DNA of 64,000 nucleotides from Escherichia coli O157:H7 (lineage in GTDB: Bacteria > Pseudomonadota > Gammaproteobacteria > Enterobacterales > Enterobacteriaceae): NCBI RefSeq assembly GCF_013167455.1, contig NZ_CP038328.1; one strand, written 5' to 3'. A model generated the notes under the pieces. The model saw nothing but the letters and a program-made list of their open reading frames with translations, searched no databases and had not been told where the DNA came from. Within the stretch, counting starts at the first letter, position 1; each line of letters begins with the position of its first letter. Below are positions 44,642-57,029 of this stretch, in pieces. The translations under genes and the position numbers were made by a program.

Positions 44642-45034
44642 TTACCACTTTTTATTCAGCAGGCGGTCGATGCTATACGCGCCCGGACCGGTAATTGCCA
44701 GCAGCAGGAATCCGCCAGAAATTGTCAGGTTTTTCATGAACATCAGCGAGTTGACGCCTTCAGCAAAGTTGCTGTGAAATAAAAATGCCGTCAGCAGCGT
44801 AAAGCCCGCAGTAAACAGGGCTGTGGTGCGAGTCAGGAAACCGAACAGGATTGCCAGACCACCACCAAACTCAAGCAGAATCACCAGCGGCAGCATAAAA
44901 CCCGGGACGCCCATCGCTTCCATATATTGTTGGGTACCCGCGTAACCAGTAATTTTTCCCCAGCCTGCGGTAATAAACAGAATCGGCATTAAAATGCGCG
45001 CTACCAGTACACCAACATCTTCTAATTTTTTCAT
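44642..45034 (-). CDS. yqjF: DoxX-family inner-membrane protein
   Basis: MKKLEDVGVLVARILMPILFITAGWGKITGYAGTQQYM... (130 aa from internal Met). Confidence 0.8.
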   Translation of the reverse strand: MKKLEDVGVLVARILMPILFITAGWGKITGYAGTQQYMEAMGVPGFMLPLVILLEFGGGLAILFGFLTRTTALFTAGFTLLTAFLFHSNFAEGVNSLMFMKNLTISGGFLLLAITGPGAYSIDRLLNKKW

Positions 45035-45219
45035 CATACTCTCCACTGCGCCACTCAGGCTGCTGATTGTTTTTTTGTGCAAGGGCGCGGTATTAGCGTC
45101 GTTGCTGTCGATGGAGAGAATCATAAACGTGGTGAATGATGATTGTTAGCAAGGAAAACTGTCAAAAATCTTCAAAAAATTTGATGGGTAAGGCCGGAAT
45201 GGCTCCGGCCAGAGGGAAG

Positions 45220-45519
45220 TTAACCGCGAAGCTGTTGCTGCTTGAGGGTCGTTTTAACCAGACGCCAGGCGCTCCATACGCCAAAACCGCGTCTGGCCCA
45301 GCGGACCAGCATATTAGGATGGCGAATCGTCCAGATCGCCATCACGCTACTGCCAACCAGCGCCCAGGAGCGCAGACTTAGCAGCATATTCCAGCGACGA
45401 TCGTAAGCGCCTGTTGCCTCCAGCCATTCACGACGACTGGCAGAAAGATCCAGCCGTTGTTGCTGGATCTGGCTAAGCAGTTGCGCCTTACGTCGTTCAC
45501 GTTCGACTTTACTGCTCAC
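45220..45519 (-). CDS. yqjK: Small uncharacterised protein YqjK (99 aa, GTG start)
   Basis: In-frame GTG at 45519 gives (M)SSKVERERRKAQLLSQIQQQRLDL...; overlaps the yqjE 3' end by 11 nt. Confidence 0.65.
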   Translation of the reverse strand: MSSKVERERRKAQLLSQIQQQRLDLSASRREWLEATGAYDRRWNMLLSLRSWALVGSSVMAIWTIRHPNMLVRWARRGFGVWSAWRLVKTTLKQQQLRG

Positions 45520-45913
45520 GGGACTCCTCCTCGAGCAGCTGCCGATCGTTTGCCAGCTCATGGCGTGTATGGCGCAGCAAGGTGGATTTACGCGATTTAC
45601 GTAACGTCCAGATACCGCCAATCAGTGCCAGTAGCAGCAACACCACGGTGGTGGCAATCATCGCATTCAGGCGATATTGCGGATCAACCGCCCAAATAAT
45701 TAGCACCATCAGGCTCATAAGACCAAATGCAGCGAAAAGCATCGTCAGGCCCAGCATCAGTAAAAGTTGAAAGAGATTAGCTTTTTCCTCTTCCAGCTCA
45801 ACCACCGCCAGCCGCAGACGTGTTTCCACCATTTCAACCATGATGGAAACAATTCGCTGCCCGATGCCCAGAACGCTTTTACCGGGCCCTTGCGCGTGAT
45901 GAGTGTCCGCCAT
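45509..45913 (-). CDS. yqjE: Inner-membrane protein YqjE (DUF1469)
   Basis: MADTHHAQGPGKSVLGIGQRIVSIMVEMVETRLRLAVVELEEEK... (134 aa). Confidence 0.8.
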   Translation of the reverse strand: MADTHHAQGPGKSVLGIGQRIVSIMVEMVETRLRLAVVELEEEKANLFQLLLMLGLTMLFAAFGLMSLMVLIIWAVDPQYRLNAMIATTVVLLLLALIGGIWTLRKSRKSTLLRHTRHELANDRQLLEEESREQ

Positions 45914-45915
45914 AA

Positions 45916-46221
45916 TTAACGACGCGACAGCAGAACGCCGAGCACTACACCGATTGCAGCGCCAATGCCCACGCCCGTCCATGGATTTTCACGCACATAC
46001 TCATCGGCACGCGCCGCCGCGACACGGGTTTGTTTGGCGATGGCATCACCGGTTTCACCCAGGCGATAACGGCTCTGTTTCAGTGCCTGCTCCGCTTTGC
46101 TACGAATCTTACTCAACTCTTCTTTCGACTTCTCGCCAGATGAGCTAAGCACCTCTTCCAGCGTATCGGAAAGGGATTTCAACTCAGCACGCAGATGTTC
46201 CGTAGTGTGTTCTTTCGACAT
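45916..46221 (-). CDS. yqjD: Ribosome-associated C-tail-anchored membrane protein (ElaB/YgaM paralog)
   Basis: 101-aa ORF MSKEHTTEHLRAELKSLSDTLEEVLSSSGEKSKEE... with C-terminal TM segment WTGVGIGAAIGVVLGVLL. Confidence 0.9.
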   Translation of the reverse strand: MSKEHTTEHLRAELKSLSDTLEEVLSSSGEKSKEELSKIRSKAEQALKQSRYRLGETGDAIAKQTRVAAARADEYVRENPWTGVGIGAAIGVVLGVLLSRR

Positions 46222-46258
46222 AGTTTTCTCCAGGTGAGTAAGTAGTGACTATTGTGAG

Positions 46259-46627
46259 TTAGTAGTCGCGCGCTTCCAGCTTTTTCAGCTCTTCCTGCGC
46301 TTCTGCCAGTTTCCGTTCGCGTTTGGCAATCTTATCGGCATCGCCTTTTTGCTTCGCCTCGGCTAAATCTTGCTGGCGTTCCGCCACCTCATCTTTCTGC
46401 TTTGCGATTTTCTTCTGATGATCGGCACGCAGCTGGCTATCTGAACAGTTGGCCCGGACTTCACTCAGGGCTTTATTCAGACCGTCAATACGATTCTGGT
46501 TTTGGTGTTTTTCGGCATAGCTGATCTCCTTAAGGATATTTTGCTCCTTTTCCTGACACAGGGTAGTGGCATAACTACCGGCACTAAGAGCAAAAAGAGA
46601 AACAGCTAAAGCGATGCGGTATTTCAT
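46259..46627 (-). CDS. yqjC: Periplasmic coiled-coil protein (DUF1090)
   Basis: MKYRIALAVSLFALSAGSYA signal peptide followed by a Lys/Glu-rich helical region (122 aa). Confidence 0.85.
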   Translation of the reverse strand: MKYRIALAVSLFALSAGSYATTLCQEKEQNILKEISYAEKHQNQNRIDGLNKALSEVRANCSDSQLRADHQKKIAKQKDEVAERQQDLAEAKQKGDADKIAKRERKLAEAQEELKKLEARDY

Positions 46628-46773
46628 TCTTGAACCTTCCATTGTGATTCGGACCTATTACAAAGGAACGATTGTCCAGACAACGAAGCGGTAGTGTTAA
46701 CCACCGCCTCATTAATCATAGACAGTTACGGTGAAATCACCAAAGTGAGTGATCTGTTTCGGACAACAGGAAG

Positions 46774-47157
46774 TTATCCGAAGCGATGAGAGTTATCCCG
46801 TAGCCGGGTCAGCCACTGCATAGCCTGACTGTTATTGTCCTGCTGCGCAATGATGTAGCCTTGGGGCAATGTTCTGTCGAGGACCGCTTTTGCAGCGGCG
46901 CTCTGGTCGCTGGAGTCAAAGGTAATTAACAGAGTGTCGTTTTTGGGGGTGATACTTTTGAAAGGAATGCCATGAGCGTCAAGGTGATGCCAGATTGAAA
47001 AACCGTCTGGCATCGTTGTGCCTTGATGAACGGCACGAATCGCCAGCGTAGACTCTTGCTGGCGAACCGCGGACCAGGCCAGCAACAGCGTGCCGACCAG
47101 AAGTAAAACAGCGCCGGACCAGGCTAGCTGGCGAAGCGACATGCGAGGTATTTGCAT
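46774..47157 (-). CDS. mzrA: Modulator of EnvZ/OmpR (MzrA)
   Basis: 127-aa [39 protein letters not shown]... Confidence 0.85.
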   Translation of the reverse strand: MQIPRMSLRQLAWSGAVLLLVGTLLLAWSAVRQQESTLAIRAVHQGTTMPDGFSIWHHLDAHGIPFKSITPKNDTLLITFDSSDQSAAAKAVLDRTLPQGYIIAQQDNNSQAMQWLTRLRDNSHRFG

Positions 47158-47160
47158 CCC

Positions 47161-47823
47161 TTACCCCCGATTTCCATATTTCTTTTTCCATAATACGACC
47201 AGAGAACCTGCCAGGCCAAACACCAGCAGCACCACCGGGAGCAGCATCAGGCATGACATCAGCTGGTCCTCGTACTTTAAAAATACCGGCGTTTTGCCGA
47301 GCATGTAACCCAGAGTTGTCAGGATCAATACCCACAGCAGACCGCTCATCCAGTTGAAAAACTGAAAGCGCGCGTTATTCAGCCCTGATAACCCGGCAAT
47401 CGTCGGCAGCAGTGTTCTGACAAACGCAATAAAGCGACCAATTAACAGCGCCGATAAACCGTGTTTATGAAAAAGATGGTGTGCGCGTTGATGATAATGC
47501 GCGGGTAAATGAGATAGCCAGTTTTGTACGGTGCGGGTATTGCCCAGCCATCGCCCCTGAATATAGCTGACCCAGCAGCCGAGGCTGGCGGCAACGGTCA
47601 GCAGCAGAATCGTTTGCGGATAGCCCATCGCGCCTTTCGCAATCAACACGCCGACCAATACCAGTAAACTGTCGCCCGGTAAAAAGGCCGCCGGAAGCAA
47701 GCCGTTTTCAAGGAACAAAATTACAAACAAGACAAAATACAACATGCCAATCATCGATGGATTGGCCAGGGTTTCAAAATCCTGCGCCCACAGGGCTTGC
47801 AGCAATTGGGTCAAAAGTTCCAT
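47161..47823 (-). CDS. yqjA: DedA-family inner-membrane protein
   Basis: 220-aa [47 protein letters not shown]... Confidence 0.9.
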   Translation of the reverse strand: MELLTQLLQALWAQDFETLANPSMIGMLYFVLFVILFLENGLLPAAFLPGDSLLVLVGVLIAKGAMGYPQTILLLTVAASLGCWVSYIQGRWLGNTRTVQNWLSHLPAHYHQRAHHLFHKHGLSALLIGRFIAFVRTLLPTIAGLSGLNNARFQFFNWMSGLLWVLILTTLGYMLGKTPVFLKYEDQLMSCLMLLPVVLLVFGLAGSLVVLWKKKYGNRG

Positions 47824-48167
47824 TCATTATTCCTGGTGAATCGGTTAACGCCACGCTGGTTTTAAAAGATGCACTACCGCAATGTTATTGCTGTTTTGGT
47901 ATGTTCTGCGGGTTTGATACATCAACACAGCCTGAACTATTCCCTGTTAAATCGTGAGATAAGAAAGCATTCAAAAACATAAATTCAAATTGAATCTAAT
48001 TGTAACAAAGGTCAACGTTGTTCGTTATCAAAATTACATGTCCGTGGAGTCTGATTTTGCTGAATGCAGGGGAGGGTGGCGAGAGGATTTACACAGGCTG
48101 ACACTTTATACTTTTCGCTTACCGACGAGACAAACAGGCGCGTCGCAGCGCCTGTCGGACAGGTATT

Positions 48168-48944
48168 TCATTTACTGCCACTGGTGGCCGTATCGAGATG
48201 CACTACCGGGTTTTCGGCGAACAGATAGCGGTCGGCATTGAACTCGAAGTCGTCGCTGGTTTCGTTGAATAACATGATCTTGGTGTTTTCCAGGTGCTGC
48301 CACATTGCCAGCTTAGCAGCATGAGGATCTTTGCGAATCAGCGCCTTGAGGATTTGATCGTGGTCATCACACCAGTTATCGACGGTACGGGAATCAATGT
48401 GTTCGTGCAGTTTTTTCCAGTACGGGTTATGGCTACGCTGGGTCCACATTTTTTCAACGATAGCCGCCAGGGCGGAGTTCTGCGTCGCCAGGGCTACCTG
48501 AATATGGAACTGCAAATCCCACTCGGAATCACGGAAGCATTGTTCGCCGCGCGCCTGCTCCTGGATGGCCATCAATTTCATGATGTCCTGTTTCGTTACC
48601 TGAGTTGCTGCGAACTCGGCAATATTACTTTCGATGAGTTGGCGAGCCTGGAGTAACTCAAACGGACCGTAATTGGCGAATTCCATATTATTGTCCGCAG
48701 CCTGCTGATGGCGCGGCTGGTTGGAAACCACGTGAATACCTGAACCTTTACGCACTTCGACATAGCCTTCAACTTCCAGCATGATGATGGCTTCACGAAC
48801 TACCGTACGGCTGACGTTCTTTTCATCGGCAATAAAGCGCTCAGCAGGCAGTTTATCACCCACCAGATAGACGCCCTGTTCGATGCGCTCTTTCAGGTCA
48901 GCGGCAAGTTGTTGATACAAACGGCGTGGTTCAGTGATTTCCAT
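48168..48944 (-). CDS. exuR: GntR-family repressor of hexuronate utilisation
   Basis: [52 protein letters not shown]... (258 aa). Confidence 0.9.
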   Translation of the reverse strand: MEITEPRRLYQQLAADLKERIEQGVYLVGDKLPAERFIADEKNVSRTVVREAIIMLEVEGYVEVRKGSGIHVVSNQPRHQQAADNNMEFANYGPFELLQARQLIESNIAEFAATQVTKQDIMKLMAIQEQARGEQCFRDSEWDLQFHIQVALATQNSALAAIVEKMWTQRSHNPYWKKLHEHIDSRTVDNWCDDHDQILKALIRKDPHAAKLAMWQHLENTKIMLFNETSDDFEFNADRYLFAENPVVHLDTATSGSK

Positions 48945-49023
48945 ATGCGCTCCAGGCATGATACGGCAGACTATATTTGTTATACCACTTTTGCGAGTTT
49001 AGCTCTACTCGCAGTGATGAAAA

Positions 49024-49052
49024 AGCCGCCTGAGAAGGCGGCTTTGAAGCGA
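49024..49052 (-). terminator. Intrinsic terminator downstream of exuT
   Basis: Minus strand: aagccgcc-ttctc-aggcggctt followed by tttc. Confidence 0.6.
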
Positions 49053-49073
49053 AACTAAAACTTACACGAAGCG

Positions 49074-50372
49074 TTAATGTTGCGGTGCGGGATCGTTATG
49101 TGTTTCCTGCGCCACCTCAATCGCCGGTTTGTTCTGCAATACGGTCCAGATAACCAGCGCACCCAGCAGGTCAAATACTGCCAGAACTGCGAACAGCGGG
49201 CTGAAGCCGATGGTGTCAGCCAGTGCACCGACAACCAGCGCAAACAGCGTACTTGCCAGCCATGCGGACATCCCGGTTAAACCGTTCGCCGTTGCCACTT
49301 CGTTACGACCAAACACGTCGGAAGAGAGCGTAATCAGCGCGCCAGACAGTGCCTGGTGGGCAAAACCACCGATACACAGCAGCATAATTGCGACATACGG
49401 GTTGGTGAACAGGCCGATCATACCCGGGCCAATCATCAGCACTGCACCCAGCGTTACGACCATCTTACGGGAAACGATCAGGTTCACACCAAACCAACGC
49501 TGGAACAGCGGCGGCAGGTAACCACCGAGGATACAACCGAGGTCAGCAAACAGCATCGGCATCCAGGCGAACATCGCGATCTCTTTCAGGTTAAAGCCGT
49601 AAACTTTAAACATGAACAGCGGGATCCACGCGTTAAAAGTACCCCAGGCCGGTTCTGCCAGGAAACGCGGCAGCGCGATACCCCAGAACTGACGGTTACG
49701 CAGGATCTGACCAACGGACATTTTCTTCGCCGTACTCACCTGGTGCTGGGCTTCCTGACCATTAATAATATAGTCGCGTTCTTCATCGGTCAGATGCTTC
49801 TGGTCGCGCGGATGTTTATAGAAAATCAGCCATGCCATCGCCCAGATAAAGCTCAATGCACCGGAGATGATAAATGCCATCTGCCAGCTGTGCATCACGA
49901 TTGCCCATACCACCAGCGGCGGCGCAATCATCGCACCAATCGAAGAACCTACGTTAAAATAGCCTACTGCGATGGAACGCTCTTTCGCCGGGAACCATTC
50001 GGAGCTGGCTTTCAGACCCGCCGGGATCATCGCTGCTTCCGCGGCACCGACCGCACCACGAGCAACAGCCAGGCCACCCCAGCTACCTGCCAGCGCGGTT
50101 GCACCACAGAACACGGCCCACAGCACAGCAAACATTGCATAACCGATTTTCGTACCCAGCACATCCAGTACATAACCTGCTACCGGTTGCATGACCGTAT
50201 AAGCAGCAGAATAGGCTGCGATGATATAGGAATACTGTTGGGTGGAGATGTTTAACTCTTCCATCAGAGTTGGCGCAGCTGCCGCCACAGTGTTACGCGT
50301 CAGGTAACCAAGCACGGTGCCGAGCGTCACCAGTGCGATCATATACCAACGTAACCCTTTAATTTTACGCAT
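49074..50372 (-). CDS. exuT: Hexuronate (glucuronate/galacturonate) MFS transporter
   Basis: MRKIKGLRWYMIALVTLGTVLGYLTRNTVAAAAP... (432 aa from internal Met of the 472-codon ORF). Confidence 0.9.
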   Translation of the reverse strand: MRKIKGLRWYMIALVTLGTVLGYLTRNTVAAAAPTLMEELNISTQQYSYIIAAYSAAYTVMQPVAGYVLDVLGTKIGYAMFAVLWAVFCGATALAGSWGGLAVARGAVGAAEAAMIPAGLKASSEWFPAKERSIAVGYFNVGSSIGAMIAPPLVVWAIVMHSWQMAFIISGALSFIWAMAWLIFYKHPRDQKHLTDEERDYIINGQEAQHQVSTAKKMSVGQILRNRQFWGIALPRFLAEPAWGTFNAWIPLFMFKVYGFNLKEIAMFAWMPMLFADLGCILGGYLPPLFQRWFGVNLIVSRKMVVTLGAVLMIGPGMIGLFTNPYVAIMLLCIGGFAHQALSGALITLSSDVFGRNEVATANGLTGMSAWLASTLFALVVGALADTIGFSPLFAVLAVFDLLGALVIWTVLQNKPAIEVAQETHNDPAPQH

Positions 50373-50752
50373 GTAAAACCTCATCGTTTTGTTATATCCG
50401 CAGGAAGCGCGGCCATCATCCCGCCAGAGGCTGAAGATGTTAGTTACGACCGGGTAACCGAAAAAAAACCGGCACGCCCCGAACGTTGCCATGAAAGTTT
50501 CGTGCTAATTCGGCTTCCGTACCGGTTAACCCGATTCATCTAACAAATGAATGAATCGGCAATTTGCATTCCGTCGACTTATGATTTGCGACGGCAGAAA
50601 GATAACTTGTCATACAACTTTAAAAGGTGAGAGCCATCACAAATGTGCGAATATTTGTAGGGACATTACCTGACGACAGCGAGGCCAGTACTGGCGCGGC
50701 CTGCAGAGAGATTTACCACTTTGAGAGTAATTTTTTTAACTACGTTTATTGA

Positions 50753-52267
<1,515 letters not shown>

Positions 52268-52281
52268 GGTCTGGGGTTGAT

Positions 52282-53769
52282 ATGCAATACATCAAGATCC
52301 ATGCGCTGGATAACGTCGCGGTCGCTTTAGCGGATTTGGCTGAAGGCACAGAAGTCAGTGTCGATAACCAAACTGTTAGGCTGCGCCAGGATGTTGCTCG
52401 TGGACATAAATTTGCGTTAACGAATATCGCAAAAGGGGCCAACGTCATCAAATATGGCCTGCCGATTGGTTATGCATTGGCGGATATTGCGGCGGGGGAA
52501 CACGTTCACGCCCACAATACGCGCACGAATCTGAGCGATCTGGATCAGTATCGCTATCAACCTGATTTTCAGGATCTGCCTGCGCAAGCGGCAGATCGTG
52601 AAGTGCAGATCTATCGTCGCGCTAACGGCGATGTCGGGGTGCGTAACGAGCTGTGGATCCTGCCAACCGTGGGCTGTGTCAACGGCATCGCGCGGCAGAT
52701 CCAGAACCGTTTTCTGAAAGAGACCAACAACGCTGAAGGTACCGACGGCGTGTTCCTCTTCAGCCACACCTACGGCTGCTCACAGCTGGGCGACGATCAC
52801 ATTAATACCCGCACCATGCTGCAAAACATGGTGCGCCACCCGAACGCAGGCGCAGTGCTGGTGATTGGTCTGGGCTGTGAAAACAACCAGGTTGCCGCAT
52901 TCCGTGAAACGCTGGGCGATATCGATCCTGAACGCGTTCATTTCATGATCTGCCAACAGCAGGATGATGAGATCGAAGCCGGAATCGAGCATTTGCATCA
53001 GCTGTATAACGTGATGCGCAACGATAAACGCGAGCCAGGCAAACTCAGCGAACTGAAGTTTGGTCTGGAGTGCGGTGGTTCTGACGGTCTTTCTGGTATT
53101 ACTGCTAACCCGATGCTGGGGCGTTTCTCTGACTACGTGATTGCTAACGGCGGTACTACCGTACTGACCGAAGTGCCGGAGATGTTTGGCGCAGAGCAGT
53201 TGCTGATGGACCATTGCCGCGACGAAGCAACGTTTGAAAAACTGGTCACCATGGTCAACGACTTCAAACAGTACTTTATTGCCCATGACCAGCCGATCTA
53301 TGAAAACCCATCGCCGGGGAACAAAGCGGGCGGTATCACCACGCTGGAAGATAAATCCCTTGGCTGTACCCAGAAAGCGGGTTCCAGCGTCGTGGTTGAC
53401 GTGCTGCGTTACGGCGAGCGTCTGAAAACGCCGGGGCTGAACTTGTTAAGTGCGCCGGGTAACGATGCCGTAGCGACCAGCGCCCTGGCGGGTGCGGGCT
53501 GCCATATGGTGCTGTTCAGTACTGGTCGTGGCACGCCATACGGCGGCTTTGTACCGACGGTGAAAATCGCTACCAACAGTGAACTGGCGGCGAAGAAAAA
53601 ACACTGGATCGACTTTGACGCGGGTCAGCTGATCCACGGTAAAGCGATGCCGCAGTTGCTGGAAGAATTTATCGATACCATCGTTGAGTTTGCCAACGGT
53701 AAACAAACCTGCAACGAGCGTAACGACTTCCGCGAACTGGCGATCTTCAAAAGCGGCGTAACGCTATAA
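52282..53769 (+). CDS. uxaA: Altronate dehydratase
   Basis: 495-aa ORF MQYIKIHALDNVAVALADLAEGTEVSVDNQ...; paralog of GarD seen in this same window. Confidence 0.95.
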   Translation: MQYIKIHALDNVAVALADLAEGTEVSVDNQTVRLRQDVARGHKFALTNIAKGANVIKYGLPIGYALADIAAGEHVHAHNTRTNLSDLDQYRYQPDFQDLPAQAADREVQIYRRANGDVGVRNELWILPTVGCVNGIARQIQNRFLKETNNAEGTDGVFLFSHTYGCSQLGDDHINTRTMLQNMVRHPNAGAVLVIGLGCENNQVAAFRETLGDIDPERVHFMICQQQDDEIEAGIEHLHQLYNVMRNDKREPGKLSELKFGLECGGSDGLSGITANPMLGRFSDYVIANGGTTVLTEVPEMFGAEQLLMDHCRDEATFEKLVTMVNDFKQYFIAHDQPIYENPSPGNKAGGITTLEDKSLGCTQKAGSSVVVDVLRYGERLKTPGLNLLSAPGNDAVATSALAGAGCHMVLFSTGRGTPYGGFVPTVKIATNSELAAKKKHWIDFDAGQLIHGKAMPQLLEEFIDTIVEFANGKQTCNERNDFRELAIFKSGVTL

Positions 53770-53791
53770 AGTCGAAATGAGTTGTTAATAA

Positions 53792-53828
53792 AAAACGGCG
53801 TTTCATAATGTGAAGCGCCGTTTGCTTT
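53792..53828 (+). terminator. Intrinsic terminator after uxaA
   Basis: aaaaaacggcgtttcataatgtgaagcgccgttt gctttt. Confidence 0.7.
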
Positions 53829-53851
53829 TCCATACCTGATAAGGATTTATC

Positions 53852-54403
53852 ATGACCGCGTATTGGCTGGCCCAGGGCGTGGGTGTCATCGCCTTTCTGA
53901 TTGGTATCACAACATTTTTCAATCGTGACGAACGTCGCTTCAAAAAGCAGCTTTCGGTCTATAGCGCCGTTATTGGCGTACATTTTTTTCTTCTGGGCAC
54001 CTATCCCGCTGGTGCCAGTGCCATCCTTAATGCCATTCGTACATTGATTACCTTACGCACGCGCAGCTTATGGGTAATGGCGATTTTTATTGTGCTGACT
54101 GGCGGAATTGGCCTCGCGAAGTTCCATCATCCTATCGAACTATTGCCGGTTATCGGTACGATTGTCAGTACCTGGGCGCTGTTCCGCTGTAAAGGGCTCA
54201 CCATGCGCTGCGTGATGTGGTTTTCAACGTGTTGCTGGGTGATTCACAACTTCTGGGCGGGGTCGATAGGCGGCACGATGATTGAGGGTAGTTTTCTGCT
54301 TATGAATGGCCTGAATATCATTCGTTTCTGGCGGATGCAGAAAAGGGGAATTGATCCGTTTAAAGTAGAGAAAACCCCTCCCGCCATAGACGAAAGGGGT
54401 TAA
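53852..54403 (+). CDS. ygjV: Inner-membrane protein YgjV
   Basis: 183-aa hydrophobic ORF MTAYWLAQGVGVIAFLIGITTFFNRDERRFKK... Confidence 0.8.
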   Translation: MTAYWLAQGVGVIAFLIGITTFFNRDERRFKKQLSVYSAVIGVHFFLLGTYPAGASAILNAIRTLITLRTRSLWVMAIFIVLTGGIGLAKFHHPIELLPVIGTIVSTWALFRCKGLTMRCVMWFSTCCWVIHNFWAGSIGGTMIEGSFLLMNGLNIIRFWRMQKRGIDPFKVEKTPPAIDERG

Positions 54404-54407
54404 ACAA

Positions 54408-55652
54408 TTAATTACGCAGGGCGCTATTTGCCAGACGATCGTCTTCCGCCTGGCAAGCTGCCGCAGTGAACAGCACGTCAGTTGAAGAGTTCAGAGCGGT
54501 TTCGCAAGAGTCCTGCAATACGCCGATAATAAAGCCGACGGCAACCACCTGCATGGCGATATCGTTCGAAATACCGAACATATTACAGGCCAGTGGGATC
54601 AGCAGCAAAGAACCCCCCGCCACGCCGGATGCGCCACAGGCACACAGAGAAGCCACTACGCTCAACAGCAGCGCTGTGGGCAGATCGACCGGAATACCCA
54701 GCGTATTAACCGCAGCCAGCGTCAACACGGTAATGGTGATTGCTGCGCCCGCCATATTGATGGTGGCTCCCAGCGGAATAGAAACGGAATAGGTATCGCG
54801 ATCCAGATTCAGCTTTTCACACAGTGCCATATTCACCGGAATGTTCGCCGCAGAGCTGCGGGTGAAGAAGGCATACACGCCGCTTTCGCGCAGGCACAGC
54901 AGCACCAGCGGGAACGGGTTACGACGAATTTTCCACCACACCAGCAATGGGTTAACCACCAGCGCCACCAGTAACATACAGCCAACCAGCACGACCAGCA
55001 GTTGCGCGTAGCCCCACAGTGTGGAGAAACCGGTGGTTGCCAGGGTAGAAGAAACCAGACCAAAAATACCAATCGGTGCGAAGCGAATGACCAGTTTCAC
55101 CATAAAGGTGACGGCATTCGACATATCGTTGACCAGGTTTTTGGTGGTCTCGTTACCGTGACGCAGTGCGAAACCGAGGCCAATTGCCCACACCAGGATC
55201 CCGATGTAGTTACCTTTCAGCAGCGCGTCGATGGGGTTGGAAACCATGCTCATTACCAGCCCGCGCATCACTTCTACAATGCCTGACGGTGGCGAAATAT
55301 CACCCGCGCTACTGGATAAGTGCAGGGTAGAAGGGAAGGCGAAGCTGAAAACGACTGCGGCCAGAGCAGCAGAGAAGGTACCCAGCAGATAGAGGAACAA
55401 AATAGGGCGGATATTGGTTTTCTGCCCGTGCTGGTGGTTAGCAATAGATGCCATCACCAGCATCAACACCAGGATGGGGGCAACGGCTTTCAGTGCGCCG
55501 ACGAACAAAGTACCTAACAGACCAACAGCTTCCGCCGCGGGTTTTGAGATCCATGCCAGAAGAATCCCCAGAACAAGGCCGACCAGGATTTGTTTTACCA
55601 GGCTGCCATGAGCCAGACGCCGGAATAGCCCCGGTGAACGTTGCGTAGTCAT
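54408..55652 (-). CDS. sstT: Na+-coupled serine/threonine transporter
   Basis: 414-aa polytopic ORF, DAACS family; convergent with ygjV with a 4-bp gap. Confidence 0.9.
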   Translation of the reverse strand: MTTQRSPGLFRRLAHGSLVKQILVGLVLGILLAWISKPAAEAVGLLGTLFVGALKAVAPILVLMLVMASIANHQHGQKTNIRPILFLYLLGTFSAALAAVVFSFAFPSTLHLSSSAGDISPPSGIVEVMRGLVMSMVSNPIDALLKGNYIGILVWAIGLGFALRHGNETTKNLVNDMSNAVTFMVKLVIRFAPIGIFGLVSSTLATTGFSTLWGYAQLLVVLVGCMLLVALVVNPLLVWWKIRRNPFPLVLLCLRESGVYAFFTRSSAANIPVNMALCEKLNLDRDTYSVSIPLGATINMAGAAITITVLTLAAVNTLGIPVDLPTALLLSVVASLCACGASGVAGGSLLLIPLACNMFGISNDIAMQVVAVGFIIGVLQDSCETALNSSTDVLFTAAACQAEDDRLANSALRN

Positions 55653-55878
55653 TTTTCGATCCTTTCATTGTGTTGTCGCACATCCCTGGTGCGTTCTGTC
55701 GACGCATCTTTCAGGATGTAACAAAGTGTTTGCAAGGTCGAGTATAAGGAAAGTTACAGCTTCGGGAAGCGAAAAATGCTGGATTTTAAAGAGAGGTCAT
55801 ATTTTGCAACTTAATGGTTACATTTATTTGACATAAAAATAAAGCCAACGTGCGGCTTCCAGACTGAGGACTACGTCA

Positions 55879-55900
55879 AAAAAGGACTCGGTCAGTCCCC
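55879..55900 (-). terminator. Candidate intrinsic terminator at the end of the alx 3' UTR
   Basis: Minus strand: gggactg-accga-gtcc followed by tttttt. Confidence 0.5.
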
Positions 55901-56000
55901 TCGCCCCGTTTGGGGAGAGGGTTAGGGTGAGGGGAACAGGCCAGCATCGGTGCGAAAAATTACCCTCACCCCGACCCTCTCCCTGGAAGGGAGAGGGAGA
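55895..56000. repeat. GC-rich compound palindromic element (GGGAGAGGG / CCCTCTCCC and GGGTGAGGG / CCCTCACCC arms) in the alx 3' region
   Basis: gggagagggttagggtgagggg ... ccctcaccccgaccctctccc form about 19-bp inverted arms separated by about 30 nt; a further gggagagggag copy follows. Confidence 0.6.
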
Positions 56001-56050
56001 AAACGGTGCTCATGTTGATGACAGGGTACACGGCTTAGGCAGATTAAAAA

Positions 56051-57016
56051 TCATCCAACCCGCTGCTTATCATGCCGATAATTCACCCAGGCGTTGATAA
56101 TAAACGTCATCACCAGGATGCCAAACACCACGCCCAGCGAGACGGCGATTGGAATATGGTAGAAGTCGACAATCAGCATCTTGATACCGATAAACACCAG
56201 AATCACCGCCAGGCCATATTTGAGCATCGAGAAACGCTCTGCTACGCCCGCCAGCAGGAAATACATCGCACGCAGGCCGAGGATCGCAAACAGGTTTGAG
56301 GTCAGCACAATGAACGGGTCAGTGGTCACGGCGAAGATAGCCGGAATGCTATCCACGGCAAAAATCACGTCGCTCAATTCCACCAGAATCAGTACCAGCA
56401 TCAGCGGTGTGGCGTACAGCAATCCATTCTTACGCACAAAGAAATGCTCGTTGTCGATGGTGTCGGTCATGCGCAAATGACCGCGTAGCCAGCGCACCAG
56501 CGGCTTGTCGCCAATGCCTGATTCATCTTCATGGGCGAGCGCCATCTTCACGCCGGTAAACAGCAGGAAGGCACCGAAGATATACAGGATCCAGTCGAAC
56601 TGCGAAATCAGCCAGCTGCCAGTGAAGATCATGATGGTACGCAGAACAATCGCCCCGAGCACGCCATACACCAGCACGCGGCGTTGTAATGCCGCCGGAA
56701 CGGAGAAATAGCTGAACAACATCAGCCAGACAAAGACGTTATCGACCGCCAGCGACTTCTCAATCAGATAACCCGTGAGGAAGGCCAGCGCCTGTGGATC
56801 GGCAACGGCGCGACCTTCGGTTTGTACCAGATACCACCAGAAAGCAGCGTTAAACAGTAACGACAGCGTCACCCAGACCAGCGACCAGGCCGCAGCCTGT
56901 TTCATGGTCATGGCATGTGCCCCACGACGTCCCTGCAACAACAGGTCGATAGCCAGCATAATGGCGACAACAACAGCGAATCCGCCCCATAGCAACGGCG
57001 TGCCGACAGTATTCAT
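56051..57016 (-). CDS. alx: TerC-family inner-membrane protein Alx (putative Mn2+ exporter, alkaline-induced)
   Basis: 321-aa [39 protein letters not shown]... Confidence 0.9.
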   Translation of the reverse strand: MNTVGTPLLWGGFAVVVAIMLAIDLLLQGRRGAHAMTMKQAAAWSLVWVTLSLLFNAAFWWYLVQTEGRAVADPQALAFLTGYLIEKSLAVDNVFVWLMLFSYFSVPAALQRRVLVYGVLGAIVLRTIMIFTGSWLISQFDWILYIFGAFLLFTGVKMALAHEDESGIGDKPLVRWLRGHLRMTDTIDNEHFFVRKNGLLYATPLMLVLILVELSDVIFAVDSIPAIFAVTTDPFIVLTSNLFAILGLRAMYFLLAGVAERFSMLKYGLAVILVFIGIKMLIVDFYHIPIAVSLGVVFGILVMTFIINAWVNYRHDKQRVG

Positions 57017-57029
57017 AGAAGTTCCTTAC

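Noticed and set aside
49356-50255. 299-codon plus-strand ORF
   Set aside because: Antisense to exuT; composition (His/Arg/Thr-rich) is typical of an out-of-frame artefact.
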